Below are positions 39,472 to 53,353 of a stretch of DNA of 64,000 nucleotides, one piece after another; the first letter of the stretch is position 1; the number at the start of each line of letters is the position of its first letter. Source of the DNA: Trueperaceae bacterium. Its GTDB lineage: Bacteria > Deinococcota > Deinococci > Deinococcales > Trueperaceae. The stretch lies in the NCBI GenBank assembly GCA_965215565.1, contig CBDCDZ010000004.1, positions 2,656,001 to 2,720,000 on the forward strand, written 5' to 3'. The translations under genes and the position numbers were made by a program. Below the pieces are notes generated by a model that searched no databases, had not been told where the DNA came from, and saw nothing but the letters and a program-made list of their open reading frames with translations.

Positions 39472-40524
39472 ATGGACCTCCAGTTTATGAAAATCCTGAT
39501 TGTCGATGACGAAGAAGTCAACGTTTTACTTCTCAAAGGCATCTTGCAGCGGGCGGGCTTCACGCAGTTCACGGCGCTGCGCAACTCGGGCAAAATCACC
39601 GAGCACTTCCTCTCGTGTCAGCCTGATTTGATCCTCTTAGACCTTCACATGCCGCAAAAAGACGGCTTTGAAATCTTAGCGGAACTCGCACCGTACCTCG
39701 AAGCGCCCAACTACCTCCCCGTGCTGATGCTCACCGCTGATGACCGCCTGGAGAATCGGCAGCGGGCGCTGAGCGAAGGGGCGCGGGACTTTCTTCCTAA
39801 ACCCTTTGATAGCAGTGAGGTGGTTCTGCGCGTGCGCAACCTCTTGGAAGCGCGTTACTTTCATAAGCAGTTGCAGCAGCAGAATGAGCGCTTAGAGAAG
39901 CAGGTCACGGAGCGGACGCAGCAGCTTGAAGGTGCACAAATCGAGATGCTCGTACGCCTCGCCAAAGCCGCCGAATACCGCGATGAGGAGACGGGCGAGC
40001 ACACCTGGCGTGTAGCGCACACCTGCTCGCTGTTGGCGCGGGAGTTAGGGTTAGGGACCGAACGCGCCGACATGCTCCTCCGCGCTGCTAGACTTCATGA
40101 CGTCGGTAAAATTGCCATCCCTGACGGTATTTTGCTCAAACCGACTAGGCTCACGCCGGAAGAATTCGGCGTCGTGAAGACGCACACGACCGTAGGCGCA
40201 AAGCTCCTCTCGGGCGGACAGTCACCCCTGATGAAACTCGCCGAACTCATCGCCTTAAATCATCACGAACGCTTTGACGGCTCGGGCTACCCGCAGGGCT
40301 TACAAGGTCAGAAAATCCCTATTGAGGGGCGCATCATGGCGGTTGCGGATACCTTCGACGCGCTGACGCATGACCGCATCCACCGCAAGGCGTGGAGCGT
40401 ACCGGACGCTGTTGTGGAGATCGAATCGCAACGCGGTAAGCAGTTCGACCCCGCCGTGGTGGACGCTTTTATGAACCTCTTAGAGCGCGGTGAAATCGTG
40501 ACGACGATGCAGGACGCGGCGTAA
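39472..40524 (+). CDS. Response regulator with HD-GYP c-di-GMP phosphodiesterase (RpfG-like)
   Basis: REC (IVDDE, LLDLHMP, KPF) plus LHDVGK, HHERFDGSGYP. Confidence 0.93.
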   Translation: MDLQFMKILIVDDEEVNVLLLKGILQRAGFTQFTALRNSGKITEHFLSCQPDLILLDLHMPQKDGFEILAELAPYLEAPNYLPVLMLTADDRLENRQRALSEGARDFLPKPFDSSEVVLRVRNLLEARYFHKQLQQQNERLEKQVTERTQQLEGAQIEMLVRLAKAAEYRDEETGEHTWRVAHTCSLLARELGLGTERADMLLRAARLHDVGKIAIPDGILLKPTRLTPEEFGVVKTHTTVGAKLLSGGQSPLMKLAELIALNHHERFDGSGYPQGLQGQKIPIEGRIMAVADTFDALTHDRIHRKAWSVPDAVVEIESQRGKQFDPAVVDAFMNLLERGEIVTTMQDAA

Positions 40525-40566
40525 AGCAGGTTCCTTCGGAAGCTTCGCGCACTCAGGCGAAGCCTA

Positions 40567-40643
40567 GCGGAACTTCATCTGGTCACGAACGTGCTCACTT
40601 GAGAAAGCATCAATAAACTCGCACGTTTAGAGATGATGCCTGC
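40567..40643 (-). repeat. Dispersed 76-77 bp element, copy 3
   Basis: GCGGAACTTCATCTGG...AGATGATGCCTGC. Confidence 0.7.
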
Positions 40644-40654
40644 GTGACACAATC

Positions 40655-40993
40655 TCAATCTGACCTCTCAGTCGGCAACTCCGCCCCTTTCCACGCGAGG
40701 ATACCGCCCTCGACGTTAACGGCTTTGTAGCCGTTCTGGTTGAGAAACTGGACTGCTTGAGCGCTCCGCGCTCCACTGCGGCAGTGCACGACGACCTCTT
40801 CACTTTTATCAGCGGGGAGGTCGTCTTCGTAGCGTCGTGTGAATTCGGATAAGGGTACGAGCTTCGCGCCGGGGATGCGCTCCTCGTCGTACTCGTTTTG
40901 CTCGCGCACGTCGATAAAAAACGCGCCTTCGTCCACGCGGCGCTTGGCTTCTAAAACGTCGATTTCTGGCACTTGGTTCTGTTGGTTATCCAT
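40655..40993 (-). CDS. Rhodanese-domain protein
   Basis: IDVREQNEY, HCRSGARS, NVEGGILAW; leaderless after TATAGT. Confidence 0.92.
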   Translation of the reverse strand: MDNQQNQVPEIDVLEAKRRVDEGAFFIDVREQNEYDEERIPGAKLVPLSEFTRRYEDDLPADKSEEVVVHCRSGARSAQAVQFLNQNGYKAVNVEGGILAWKGAELPTERSD

Positions 40994-41123
40994 TTCGCTA
41001 CTATAGCGCTGGATAGATTTCTGGTGAGTTAGCCCCAGACCAAAAAAGCACCTCAGCGTGAATCTATTTGCAACCTCTCCCCGCTTTATGTAGCACTTCC
41101 AAAATATACTGAGACAGATGAGC

Positions 41124-41199
41124 GCAGATATCATCTCAGAATGTGCGTGCTAAATGGTGTTCTTTGCAGTAAGAGTGTTTCAAACCAGATGATACCTGC
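41124..41199 (+). repeat. Dispersed 76-bp element, copy 4
   Basis: GCAGATATCATC...CAAACCAGATGATACCTGC. Confidence 0.85.
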
Positions 41200-41250
41200 T
41201 AATGAAAGCCTGAGACCAAACCTCACGTACGACTTCTTTAGACTGAAGAG

Positions 41251-41757
41251 GTGAACGATTCTACAGACCCCTATATCGAACGCCTTTTCAGCACGCTCGG
41301 AGACCGCGAACCGCTCACCGTTTTGGAGAGAACGCCCCGGCGCATCGAAGAACTCTACGAAGCCTTTGGCGAAGACGACTTAGAGCGCTCGTACGCGCCC
41401 GACAAGTGGAACGCGAAAGAGATTATCGCGCACCTAGCCGATGTGGAACTCGGGCTAGGCTTTCGCTTTCGGCAAGCTGTCGCAGAGGAGAACTATACGC
41501 CGCAGTCCTTTGACCAAGATAAGTGGGCGACGCGGTACGGGAAGCTCGAGCCCTCCCTAGCCGTCGAGACCTTCCGCGCCCTCCGCGCTTGGAACTTGGC
41601 ACTCTTCACTACCTTTGAGCTAATCGACTGGAACAAGCAAGTGAACTATCCCTTTGCGGGTGTAGATACCGTAGACGCGATGGTTCACCTTTTAGCAGGG
41701 CATGATCTCAATCACTTAGAGCAGCTAGAGACTATCACGCGGCTTTCGAAAAATTAG
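41251..41757 (+). CDS. DinB/YfiT family protein
   Basis: KW..KEIIAHLAD.E, AGHDLNHLEQL. Confidence 0.88.
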   Translation: MNDSTDPYIERLFSTLGDREPLTVLERTPRRIEELYEAFGEDDLERSYAPDKWNAKEIIAHLADVELGLGFRFRQAVAEENYTPQSFDQDKWATRYGKLEPSLAVETFRALRAWNLALFTTFELIDWNKQVNYPFAGVDTVDAMVHLLAGHDLNHLEQLETITRLSKN

Positions 41758-41854
41758 CTTGGGGAGAGGTTCGTAAATTTGACTACATACCTCCCCACCC
41801 CTTTCACTCTAAAATCTATAGTGGGTAGTAGACCATTTAAGAAAGAGGTAAAAA

Positions 41855-42286
41855 GTGGCAAGTATCGCGGTTTCAGGTTGGGGTTTAACGGTTTTGCGCG
41901 TTGTCGTGGGTATCGTCTTTTTAGCGCACGGGATTGACAAGTTTTTCATCACAGGTGTCGGTAACATCGCGGGCTTTTTCGGACAAATCGGCATTCCGCT
42001 CGCTGGGCTCTCCGCTTTTCTAGTCGCGGCTATTGAACTCGTCGGCGGCGCGGCGCTCATTGCGGGCTTTTTCACGCGCATCTTCGCGGTGCTCTTAGGC
42101 ATCATCACGCTCGTCGCGATGTTCCTCGTTCACGTGAGCAACGGCTTTTTCGCCTCGAGCGGTGGCATCGAACTCACCCTTATCTTAACGGCGGCGTGCG
42201 CCGCCCTGTTCCTCTCCGGCGCAGGCGAAGCGGCGGTGCAGCGTGACTCCGTGCCGACGCAAGACAGGGCGTCTGCAAGCGACTAA
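41855..42286 (+). CDS. DoxX family membrane protein
   Basis: LRVVVGIVFLAHGIDK, ELVGG, GGIEL. Confidence 0.9.
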   Translation: MASIAVSGWGLTVLRVVVGIVFLAHGIDKFFITGVGNIAGFFGQIGIPLAGLSAFLVAAIELVGGAALIAGFFTRIFAVLLGIITLVAMFLVHVSNGFFASSGGIELTLILTAACAALFLSGAGEAAVQRDSVPTQDRASASD

Positions 42287-42413
42287 AAGAAAGAGAAAAG
42301 GGCTGAGGTGAAAGAGAAAAGTTTTTACTCTCTTTTCTCTTTCACCTTTCCTCTCAGTCCTCTCTTTCTCTACCTCACCTTCACGCAACTCACTTCTATG
42401 TTATCTTCTCCCT

Positions 42414-42833
42414 ATGTCAATTGAACGCACCTACGCAATGGTTAAACCGGACGGTGTCAAGCGCGGTCTGGTCGGGGAAGTGGTGAAGCGGCTCGAGCAA
42501 AAAGGCTTCACCGTCGTCGGCATGAAACTGATGCAAATCAGTCAAGAAACTGCTGAGACGCACTACGGTGAGCACGAAGGCAAACCTTTTTTTGAGGACT
42601 TAGTCTCGTTCATCACGAGCGGTCCTGTTGTAGCGATGGTCGTTGAGGGCGAAAACGCCATCAGCGAGTGGCGCAAAATGATGGGCGCGACGAATCCCAA
42701 AGACGCCGAACTCGGCACGATTCGCGGTGACTACGCGACGACGATTGACGAGAACGTCGTGCACGGCTCGGACGCGCCTGCAACGGCGGAGCGCGAAATT
42801 GGTATCTTTTTTGAAGAGGATGAATTGCTTTAA
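42414..42833 (+). CDS. ndk: Nucleoside diphosphate kinase
   Basis: [24 protein letters not shown]. Confidence 0.98.
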   Translation: MSIERTYAMVKPDGVKRGLVGEVVKRLEQKGFTVVGMKLMQISQETAETHYGEHEGKPFFEDLVSFITSGPVVAMVVEGENAISEWRKMMGATNPKDAELGTIRGDYATTIDENVVHGSDAPATAEREIGIFFEEDELL

Positions 42834-43012
42834 TTGCGAGCCCTTAACTTTTAGCTAAATACCAATAGCTAAGGGCTAGTTGCTTTTTTAGAGCCTTCCC
42901 GCACGTCTTTTGGTTCCTCACTTGGCCCCTGAGAGGTTGGGTGAGGTTCCTTTTTTTGTCACCTGAATTGTGTAGGATAAAACCCATACGGTGTACACGA
43001 AAGAGGTGGATT

Positions 43013-44176
43013 ATGCCCGGACTATCTGACCGAATCCAAAAACTCAAAGCGTCCTCGACGGTTGCCTTTAACACCAAAGCTAAAGAGATGAAGCGCCAAG
43101 GTACGGACGTCATCGCGATGACGGCGGGCGAGCCAGACTTTCAGCCACCCGAACACGTCTTCGCGGCAGCGCACGAGGCACTCGACAAGGGGCTCACGAA
43201 GTACACCCCCGCTGAGGGCATGGCAGAACTGCGCGAGGCGGTTTGTGCCAAGTTCGAGCGGGAGAACGACCTCTCGTACGCACCGGACCAAATCCTCGTG
43301 AGCACGGGCGGCAAGCAGGTTCTCTACAACGCATTCATGGCGATTTTGAACCCCGGCGATGAGGTCATCGTGCCTGCGCCCTATTGGGTTTCGTACCCTG
43401 CACAAGTTCAGCTCGCGGGTGGCGTCACCGTGCCTGTCATGACATGCCCGGAAGACGGCTTTGTCCCGAGTGTGGACGCGGTGCGCGAGGCGATTACCGA
43501 TAAAACGAAGGTCATCCTCATCAATTCGCCCTCGAACCCGACGGGCGCGGTCTATCCGCCGGAAGTCGTCAAAGGAATTGTCGAGTTGGCGGCTGAGCGT
43601 GACATCTGGGTTTTCGCTGACGACTTGTACGAGCACCTCGTCTACGAGGGTGAATTCACCTCTTGCGCCAAACTCGCTCAGGACAAGACGCTCGTCATTC
43701 ACGGCGCGAGCAAATCGTATGCGCTAACTGGCTGGCGCATCGGTTACGGGGCTGGTCCCAAAGACCTCATCAAAGCGATGAACCGCCTGCAGGGTCAGGT
43801 GACGAGCGGCGCGAACGCGGTGGCGCAGTATGCGGTAATTGCGGCGCTCAACGAGGTGGAGAAGACCAGGGAATTCATCGACATGACTAAAGAGGCGTAC
43901 ATGGAGCGGCGCGACGTGCTGGTTGAAGGGCTCAACAGCTTAGGGCTCAAAACGCCTAAGCCCAGAGGTGCCTTTTACGTGATGGCGGACCTCACGCCCA
44001 TTCACGAGGACGAGACCGAGGCGGCGATGACACTGCTCGAGCAAGCCCACGTCGGCGTCGTGCCAGGGACGGACTTCTTAGCGCCCGGACAGGCGCGGTT
44101 TTCGTATGCGACGAGTTTGGAGAATATCGAGCGGGCGTTGGAGCGGATTGAGAAGTTGCTGCGGGTGCAGGCTTAA
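43013..44176 (+). CDS. aspC: Aspartate/prephenate-type class I aminotransferase
   Basis: AGEPDF, NSPSNPTG, SKSYALTGWRIG. Confidence 0.88.
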   Translation: MPGLSDRIQKLKASSTVAFNTKAKEMKRQGTDVIAMTAGEPDFQPPEHVFAAAHEALDKGLTKYTPAEGMAELREAVCAKFERENDLSYAPDQILVSTGGKQVLYNAFMAILNPGDEVIVPAPYWVSYPAQVQLAGGVTVPVMTCPEDGFVPSVDAVREAITDKTKVILINSPSNPTGAVYPPEVVKGIVELAAERDIWVFADDLYEHLVYEGEFTSCAKLAQDKTLVIHGASKSYALTGWRIGYGAGPKDLIKAMNRLQGQVTSGANAVAQYAVIAALNEVEKTREFIDMTKEAYMERRDVLVEGLNSLGLKTPKPRGAFYVMADLTPIHEDETEAAMTLLEQAHVGVVPGTDFLAPGQARFSYATSLENIERALERIEKLLRVQA

Positions 44177-44216
44177 ACAACCTTCCCTGAAAAGTCTTAC
44201 TCTGAAATGCTTATGC

Positions 44217-44245
44217 TTGACACAAGCATAATAATGCTTTACATT
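44217..44245 (+). promoter_or_regulatory. Promoter TTGACA-17-TACATT with palindromic operator AAGCAT-AATA-ATGCTT
   Basis: Directly upstream of the higB GTG; typical TA autorepression layout. Confidence 0.75.
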
Positions 44246-44252
44246 AGCATCA

Positions 44253-44534
44253 GTGATTAAGTCGTTTGCTGACAAGGAGACTCGCAAGGTCTTCGTGGGT
44301 CAGCACTCGAGACGCATCCCTGTAGAGATTCAAGGAACGGCAAAGCGAAAGCTCAACATTCTCGATGCTGCGCCGAGTTTAGAAACCCTCCGCGTACCTC
44401 CTAGCAATCATCTCGAGAAGTTGAGCCGTGATCGCAAAGGTCAGTGGAGCATCCGTATCAATCAGCAGTGGCGCATCTGCTTCGCGTGGCAAGAGGGTGA
44501 CGCATATGGAGTTGAGATCGCTGACTATCATTAA
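44253..44534 (+). CDS. higB: HigB/RelE-like toxin (plasmid-maintenance killer type)
   Basis: IKSFADKET, PPSNHLEKL, SIRINQQWRICF, EIADYH. Confidence 0.92.
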   Translation: MIKSFADKETRKVFVGQHSRRIPVEIQGTAKRKLNILDAAPSLETLRVPPSNHLEKLSRDRKGQWSIRINQQWRICFAWQEGDAYGVEIADYH

Positions 44535-44546
44535 AGGAGCCTGACA

Positions 44547-44852
44547 ATGGAGCGAGATATTCCCCCTATTCATCCTGGTGAGGTACTTAAAGAGGATTTT
44601 TTAGACCCTTTGGGAATCACTCAATATCAACTCGCCAAAGCGACCAACATGCCCCAAGACCGCGTGAGTCACATTGTCAGAGGCAACCGCGCAATTACGG
44701 CGGACACGGCGTTACGTTTAGGACGCTTTTTCGGCGTTGAGCCGCAGTTCTGGCTCAATTTGCAAAGTCGTTACGATTTGGAAACGGCGGAGGATGTGTT
44801 GGCAGGAGATCTCGAGCAAGAGGTCACGCCCTTCGAAAATCTACCGAGATGA
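44547..44852 (+). CDS. higA: HigA family addiction-module antitoxin
   Basis: PIHPGEVLKEDFL, ITADTALRL..FF, FWLNLQ. Confidence 0.93.
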   Translation: MERDIPPIHPGEVLKEDFLDPLGITQYQLAKATNMPQDRVSHIVRGNRAITADTALRLGRFFGVEPQFWLNLQSRYDLETAEDVLAGDLEQEVTPFENLPR

Positions 44853-45469
44853 TTGACTCCGCCACCTTCGGCATCTTTTTCGCCGCCGCTTTCACCCTCG
44901 CCGTCATCCCAGGACCGGGAATGCTCTACGTCTTAGCGAGGACGGTACGGGGCGGCAGACGTGAAGGGATTCTCTCGACGCTCGGCACAGGTGTCGCGGG
45001 GCTTCTCCACACACTTGCGGCGGCATTGGGCATCTCGGCGATTTTAGCGACATCGGCGGTGGCGTTTGCCGTTATCAAGTGGCTGGGCGCAGCGTACCTC
45101 ATCTATCTTGGGGTGAGGATGATGCTCGAGAAACCCTCCGAAGCCGACATTCAGGTCAACACTGATTCAACCTCTTCGAAAGGTGCATGCGCCCAAGGCA
45201 TCTTAACCGAAGTCCTCAACCCAAAGACGGCGCTCTTCTTCCTCGCGTTTATTCCGCAGTTCATCAACCCGGCGGGGCACGTGTTCTTGCAGTTCGTGAC
45301 GCTCGGGTTTATCACCACGCTGCTGACGAGCGGGGCGGACCTCATCGTGGCGCTTGCGGCGGGGTCCTTGAGCGGTTTGCTCAGAAATCCGCGTGGGCGG
45401 AAGGTGCAGCGTGTGGCGTCGGGGGGCGCGCTGATTGGGCTTGGGGTGTATGTGGCGGTGGAGCGGTAG
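44849..45469 (+). CDS. LysE/RhtB family translocator
   Basis: IPGPG, LNPKTALFFLAFIPQF. Confidence 0.9.
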   Translation: MIDSATFGIFFAAAFTLAVIPGPGMLYVLARTVRGGRREGILSTLGTGVAGLLHTLAAALGISAILATSAVAFAVIKWLGAAYLIYLGVRMMLEKPSEADIQVNTDSTSSKGACAQGILTEVLNPKTALFFLAFIPQFINPAGHVFLQFVTLGFITTLLTSGADLIVALAAGSLSGLLRNPRGRKVQRVASGGALIGLGVYVAVER

Positions 45470-45658
45470 CGTGTAGCAGGCGAAACACTTACGTTTTGGG
45501 TGAAGAAACACATCAGTCCGTCTTCTTCTATCATCCCTCGGTGAAGCGTGTGAAAACTTTGGAAGAGGTTGTTCGAGATCTGTAGAGGGTTTGGCTTACG
45601 CAAATTCTGCCACGCCTCCAGGTATTGCTCTGAAAAATGAGGTATATAAGAGGTTAAA

Positions 45659-48501
<2,843 letters not shown>

Positions 48502-48506
48502 AGCGG

Positions 48507-48605
48507 CGTAGGGGCAGTTCATGAAATTGCCCCTACGAAACAGCGCTGCCAGACGGTACAGGGAACGCAGTGACGTGTAAGGGCGGGTTTCAAACCCGCC
48601 CTTAT
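48507..48605. repeat. Pair of GTAG-type REP-like palindromes between convergent pyk and mfd
   Basis: CGTAGGGGCAGTTCATGAAATTGCCCCTACG and GTAAGGGCGGGTTTCAAACCCGCCCTTA. Confidence 0.7.
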
Positions 48606-48639
48606 GGTGGCGTAGAGAAACGTGCGTCCGCGCTAATGA

Positions 48640-51600
48640 TCAACCGCACAAATAGAGCACGTCGCTGATAGCCTCGAGTCCCTTACCCTTTAATCCCCGC
48701 TTCTTAATACTAAACCCCGGCGGATAGCGTGTCGGCTCCACGGTGTAAGGCAAACTTTTGAGCGCCTTTGCGTCGTAGTCGATGCTCTCTTGCTCAAAGG
48801 AGAGCTGCACGTCCGTCATGTGCTCGGTGATGGTGGCGACGCCTTTTTGTGATGCTAAGAGGCGCACCTTGACGATGTCGGTGAAGGTCTTGACCTCTTC
48901 GGGCATCGGTCCGTAACGCTCTCTCATCTCGCGCTGAATGCGTCCGATTTCCGCCAGGCTGTCCGTCTCAGATAAGCGCCCGTAGAAGCCGATGCGCGCG
49001 TCGTCGTCCACGATGTACGAGGGGCTGAGCCGCGCGTCCAAACTGAGGTCGATGGAGACGGGTTTACGCGCCTCGGTCTGTTCGCCTTTGAGCTTCGCGA
49101 TCTCTTCGGCGAGCATCTCCGTGTAGACCTCTAACGAGACCGCGCTGATGTGCCCGTGCTGCTCCGGTCCTAAGAGGTTGCCGATGCCGCGAATCTCCAT
49201 ATCTTTTTCTGCTAAGAGGTGCCCTGAGCCCAAGTCGTTAAGTTCCGCCATCGCGTAGAGCCTGCGCTGGGCTTGCTCGGTTAAGCGTCCGGGGTAGAGG
49301 AGGTACGCCCACGCCTCCGTGCTGCGGCGTCCGACGCGGCCGCGAAGCTGATAGAGCTGCGCCAAGCCGAGGCGGTCCGCGCGTTCGATGATGAGGGTAT
49401 TCGCGCCTGCGATGTCCAGGCCGGACTCGACGATGGTGGTGCTCAAGAGAACGTCGAACGCGCCCTCTTCGAAGCGGAGCATGATCTCTTCTAACTCGTC
49501 GCCGCCCATGCGCCCGTGCGCCACGCCGATGCGGGCTTCGGGGACGAGGCTCTGCAAATACATGGCGCGGGAGCCCATCGAGCCGATGCGGTCGTGGATA
49601 TAGAAGACTTTGCCGCCGCGCTCGAGTTCAAACATCAGCGCGTCCCGTACGACTTGTCGGTCGTAGGGTTGCAAAACAGTCTGAATCGGTTTGCGTCCGG
49701 CGGGCGGCGTCATGATCTGCGACACGTCGCGCAAGCCGACTAAACTCATGTAGAGTGTCCTGGGAATTGGCGTCGCGGAGAGCGACAAGATGTCCAAGTT
49801 CGCCTTGAACGCTTTCATCTTCTCCTTCTGACTCACCCCGAAGCGGTGCTCCTCGTCGATAATGAGGAGCCCGACGTTTTTGAACTTCACGTTGTCGGAC
49901 AAGAGGCGGTGCGTGCCGACGACGATGTCCACCGTGCCCTCTTTGAGCCCTTTGAGGATGGCGCGCGCTTCTTTGTCAGAAGAGAATCTGGATAACCCCT
50001 CCACCGTTACGGGCAGCCCCTCAAAGCGCTCCCTGAAGGTCTCGTAATGCTGCTGCGCCAGCACGGTTGTCGGCACGAGCATCACCACCTGCGCGCCGTT
50101 GCCTACCGCCCGGTGCGCGGCGTGAATCGCCACCTCCGTCTTGCCGAAGCCCACGTCGCCCGAGACGAGCCGGTCCATCGGCGTCTCTTTCGCCATGTCA
50201 CGGAGTGTCAGACTGACGGCTTTGCGCTGATCATTCGTGAGGGTGAAGGGGCAATTCTCTTCGATGAGGGGGTCCCAGTCGGGAACTTCACCGAGAGAAA
50301 CGCCCTTCGAGACCTGCCGCTCGGCGTAGGTGCGGATGAGCTTCTGCGCCAAGACTTGCGCGTTGACCCGCGCCTTCTCGCGTGCCCGCGCCCACTCGTT
50401 CGTGCCGAGGGTCGAGAGCCGGGGCGGGTCGTCCGTCGTGCCGGGGTGACGGCGCAGCATCGGCAGTTGCTCCACGGGCAAATAGAGCTTGCCCTCGCCC
50501 GCGTAGCGCAAGATGAGGTAGTCACGGGTGACGCCCACCACCTGACGCGGCTCTAAGCCCATGAAGCGTCCGATGCCGTGGTCAGGGTGGATGAGGTAGT
50601 CGCCTACGGCAAGTTGCACCGCGTCGTGAACTTTGCGTCCAGGAAGTTTGCTGTGTTTGCGCGTCCCTTGGTAGCCGTACAAGAGGTCTTCGGTGAGGAT
50701 GACCTCTTTGGCGTGCGGGTCGCGGTAGCCGCCCTTCGAAGCTGCGTCAATATCCGAACCGACTGCGAGCCCGAGCACGCCGGGGTGTTTCTCGACGCGC
50801 TGGGTCCACCTAGATTCTAGTTGTGATTGGGTCCCCCCCAACACCTTCTCCCGCAGATAGCGTCCGGTCCGCTCGAACTTGAGTAGAAGCGTGACGCTGT
50901 AACCGCCTTTAAGCCAACCTTCCACGTCACTAGCGAAGTCCGAGAGCTTACCCCGGTAGTAGCCCAAAGGCTCTAAGTCGCTCTTTTCGTCCGGTATCTC
51001 TAAGGGGTCACGCCCGAAGGAGATGACCTCTCGAGTTTCTAAATACCGCCAGAATTCTTCCATCCGCTGCGCGTCGTCAAGCTCACCTGCAAAAAGCTCC
51101 GACGAATCGAGATAGACCGTGCCGGGAAGCTGTTCTAAGAGGTTGGAGGACCACGCGGTCTCATCTATCTCCGCATTTTCCAGCGGTGCTAAGACGTGGC
51201 GCTCTACCGCCTCGCCCGAAAGCTGCACCGTGTCGAGTTCGTCGCCAAAGAACTCGAGCCTAAGCACCCTTTCCTCGTCCTCTTCGTCTAAATAAACCGA
51301 GAGCGTGTCGCCGCGCACGACGACGCCGGGCATCCCGTCGCGCTCATAGCCGAATGAGACGAGCTGCTCTAAGAGGTCGTCGCGGGGGTAGTCTTTGCCG
51401 ACTTCCAAAGTGAGGGCGTACTGCTCAGGGTTTTTAGGAAAAGGACGGAGCGCCGTCTCTAAATCTAGAATGACCTTCTTGCGCTTGTCCTGCCAATCGG
51501 TCAGGTCAGGATTCGTGCTACTTAGCGCTCCGAAAAGACCTGTGTCGCGAAAGAGCGGCACCCTTTCCGCTGTGGTCACAAGGACTGCTGGTCCCTCGGT

Positions 51601-51720
51601 GCGGGCGAAGAGGGCGAGTCGCGCGGCGGCGGGCAGACCTAGCAGTCGTTTGGATTGGGTTTCTTGTGCAGTTTGTAGCAAGGCAACAACCGTTTCGTGG
51701 ATAGGCTTGTGAAGCGCCAA
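48640..51720 (-). CDS. mfd: Transcription-repair coupling factor Mfd (start uncertain)
   Basis: [47 protein letters not shown]. Confidence 0.95.
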   Translation of the reverse strand: MALHKPIHETVVALLQTAQETQSKRLLGLPAAARLALFARTEGPAVLVTTAERVPLFRDTGLFGALSSTNPDLTDWQDKRKKVILDLETALRPFPKNPEQYALTLEVGKDYPRDDLLEQLVSFGYERDGMPGVVVRGDTLSVYLDEEDEERVLRLEFFGDELDTVQLSGEAVERHVLAPLENAEIDETAWSSNLLEQLPGTVYLDSSELFAGELDDAQRMEEFWRYLETREVISFGRDPLEIPDEKSDLEPLGYYRGKLSDFASDVEGWLKGGYSVTLLLKFERTGRYLREKVLGGTQSQLESRWTQRVEKHPGVLGLAVGSDIDAASKGGYRDPHAKEVILTEDLLYGYQGTRKHSKLPGRKVHDAVQLAVGDYLIHPDHGIGRFMGLEPRQVVGVTRDYLILRYAGEGKLYLPVEQLPMLRRHPGTTDDPPRLSTLGTNEWARAREKARVNAQVLAQKLIRTYAERQVSKGVSLGEVPDWDPLIEENCPFTLTNDQRKAVSLTLRDMAKETPMDRLVSGDVGFGKTEVAIHAAHRAVGNGAQVVMLVPTTVLAQQHYETFRERFEGLPVTVEGLSRFSSDKEARAILKGLKEGTVDIVVGTHRLLSDNVKFKNVGLLIIDEEHRFGVSQKEKMKAFKANLDILSLSATPIPRTLYMSLVGLRDVSQIMTPPAGRKPIQTVLQPYDRQVVRDALMFELERGGKVFYIHDRIGSMGSRAMYLQSLVPEARIGVAHGRMGGDELEEIMLRFEEGAFDVLLSTTIVESGLDIAGANTLIIERADRLGLAQLYQLRGRVGRRSTEAWAYLLYPGRLTEQAQRRLYAMAELNDLGSGHLLAEKDMEIRGIGNLLGPEQHGHISAVSLEVYTEMLAEEIAKLKGEQTEARKPVSIDLSLDARLSPSYIVDDDARIGFYGRLSETDSLAEIGRIQREMRERYGPMPEEVKTFTDIVKVRLLASQKGVATITEHMTDVQLSFEQESIDYDAKALKSLPYTVEPTRYPPGFSIKKRGLKGKGLEAISDVLYLCG

Positions 51721-51778
51721 AAACAGTCTGCATCTTACCCTATTTAAGGGCTTTTTCTTGACCTCTTGCCTTACAGTT

Positions 51779-52585
51779 TCATTTCCCCTCGAGCGACAAC
51801 TCGTACGCCAGATTTCTGGGCGCACCAAAGGTCACTAAAGCTTTTCTGAGATCGCGTCCCGAGAGCCCACTAGCCGCAAGCTCTCTCGCCTTCCCCGCGA
51901 AGTCAACCTCTTGCGCGGGTTGCGGATTGGGCGACACCACCACGACAATTTCGCCGCGCACCTCGCCTTGTGAAAGCTGCGCGTACACCTCTTCCAACGT
52001 GCCCCTATAGGTAGTCTCGAAGCGTTTGGAGAGTTCGCGGCTGACGCTGATCTGCCTCGCGTCACCGCAGACCTCTTGCAGCTCTCCCAACGTTTTCACC
52101 AACCTCTTGGGTGATTCGTAAAAGGCGAGTGTCGCTTCACTCTTAGCAATTTGAGAAAGAGTCTCGCGCCGCGCCGAACCCTTACGCGGCAAAAAACCTA
52201 AAAAGGTAAAACTCCCCAGCGGCAAACCAGATAGCACGAGCGCGGGGATGAGGGCAGTGGGACCGGGTAAAACTTCCACCGTATCGCCGCGTTTAAGCGC
52301 GATTTGTAAGAGGTCTGCGCCAGGGTCGGAGAGTCCGGGCGTGCCCGCGTCGGTGATGAAGGCGACGCGCTCGTGCTCAGCCAGGACGCCCTCACCTCTC
52401 GCCGCAATTGTGTGCGCGTCTAGGCGCACGAGCGGCTTGTCTATCTCATAACGGCTCAGCAGCGTGCGGCTGTGGCGGGTGTCCTCGGCGGCGATGAGGT
52501 CAGCCTCGCGGAGCACCCGCAGCGCTCGCAAGGTGATGTCCTCCAAGTTGCCGATGGGCGTCGGGACGAGGACGAGGTGAGCCAC
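51779..52585 (-). CDS. rsmI: 16S rRNA C1402 2'-O-methyltransferase RsmI
   Basis: [41 protein letters not shown]. Confidence 0.95.
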   Translation of the reverse strand: MAHLVLVPTPIGNLEDITLRALRVLREADLIAAEDTRHSRTLLSRYEIDKPLVRLDAHTIAARGEGVLAEHERVAFITDAGTPGLSDPGADLLQIALKRGDTVEVLPGPTALIPALVLSGLPLGSFTFLGFLPRKGSARRETLSQIAKSEATLAFYESPKRLVKTLGELQEVCGDARQISVSRELSKRFETTYRGTLEEVYAQLSQGEVRGEIVVVVSPNPQPAQEVDFAGKARELAASGLSGRDLRKALVTFGAPRNLAYELSLEGK

Positions 52586-52600
52586 GCGGGAGAAGGTGAA

Positions 52601-52798
52601 TTAAGCGCCGACGAAGTCGGGCTGTGCGGTGCGCCCTCGGCTGCGGCGGCGGGCGTTGCGCTTTAAGGCGGCTCGCATCTTCGCCCGCAGCATCTCCACT
52701 TCGCCCACGGTTACGGTGACCTCCGCGCCTTCGGGCAACGCTACGCCCTCGGGCAAGATGATCACACCCTTTTGAACCAATCCTTTATAAGCTCGCAT
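52601..52798 (-). CDS. Small hypothetical protein
   Basis: MRAYKGLVQKGVIILPEGVALPEGAEVTVTV; coupled to the upstream gene. Confidence 0.65.
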   Translation of the reverse strand: MRAYKGLVQKGVIILPEGVALPEGAEVTVTVGEVEMLRAKMRAALKRNARRRSRGRTAQPDFVGA

Positions 52799-53216
52799 TC
52801 TGTTCCTCCTCAGCTAGCTCGAGCCGCAGCGCGGCGATGACCGTTTCGGTGGCTTCCGTATCCTGTCCTGCTCTTTCTAACACACGTCTGTACGCTTCGA
52901 AGACGCGCAGCGCTTCGCGGGGGCGTCCGACTTCGGTGAGCAAGTCACCTAAATGCTCGCCGTAAGAGAGAAAGGCGGCGGGGTCGCCCGCCCTAACGCG
53001 GCGCTTCGCTTGGATGGCGGTGATACGCTCCTCTAAAATCTGGCGGCGCTCCACGCGGCTACGCACCACGCCCCAGGCGACGAGGAATACAGCCGCCGCG
53101 ACGGTCGTTATTATACTAAACCCTCTAGGCACCCCTAGCTCCTCGGCCAAGTTCACCAGAAAGGGAAAGGTAAACGCGAGCGCCGCTAAGAGCGCGATGA
53201 GCGCGGCGTAGTTCAT
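52785..53216 (-). CDS. Hypothetical membrane protein with TPR-like C-terminus
   Basis: Two N-terminal TMs; HLGDLL...GRPREAL..F. Confidence 0.7.
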   Translation of the reverse strand: MNYAALIALLAALAFTFPFLVNLAEELGVPRGFSIITTVAAAVFLVAWGVVRSRVERRQILEERITAIQAKRRVRAGDPAAFLSYGEHLGDLLTEVGRPREALRVFEAYRRVLERAGQDTEATETVIAALRLELAEEEQNASL

Positions 53217-53353
53217 CTAAAATCCAAAGGAGAAGGCGGGGGCCGCGTTGCCCTTCGTCCGGTTGATGAAGCCACTTGTCACACCTCATCTTAGCGCGTT
53301 TTCGCCCTCTCTATAGCTTCGTTTTGTCAGGTACGTGCTAAAATAATCGGAAT

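Noticed and set aside
41124..41199. 76-bp element as a tRNA
   Set aside because: Length fits, but there is no T-loop GTTCRA, D-loop or cloverleaf, and the terminal stem is 12 bp
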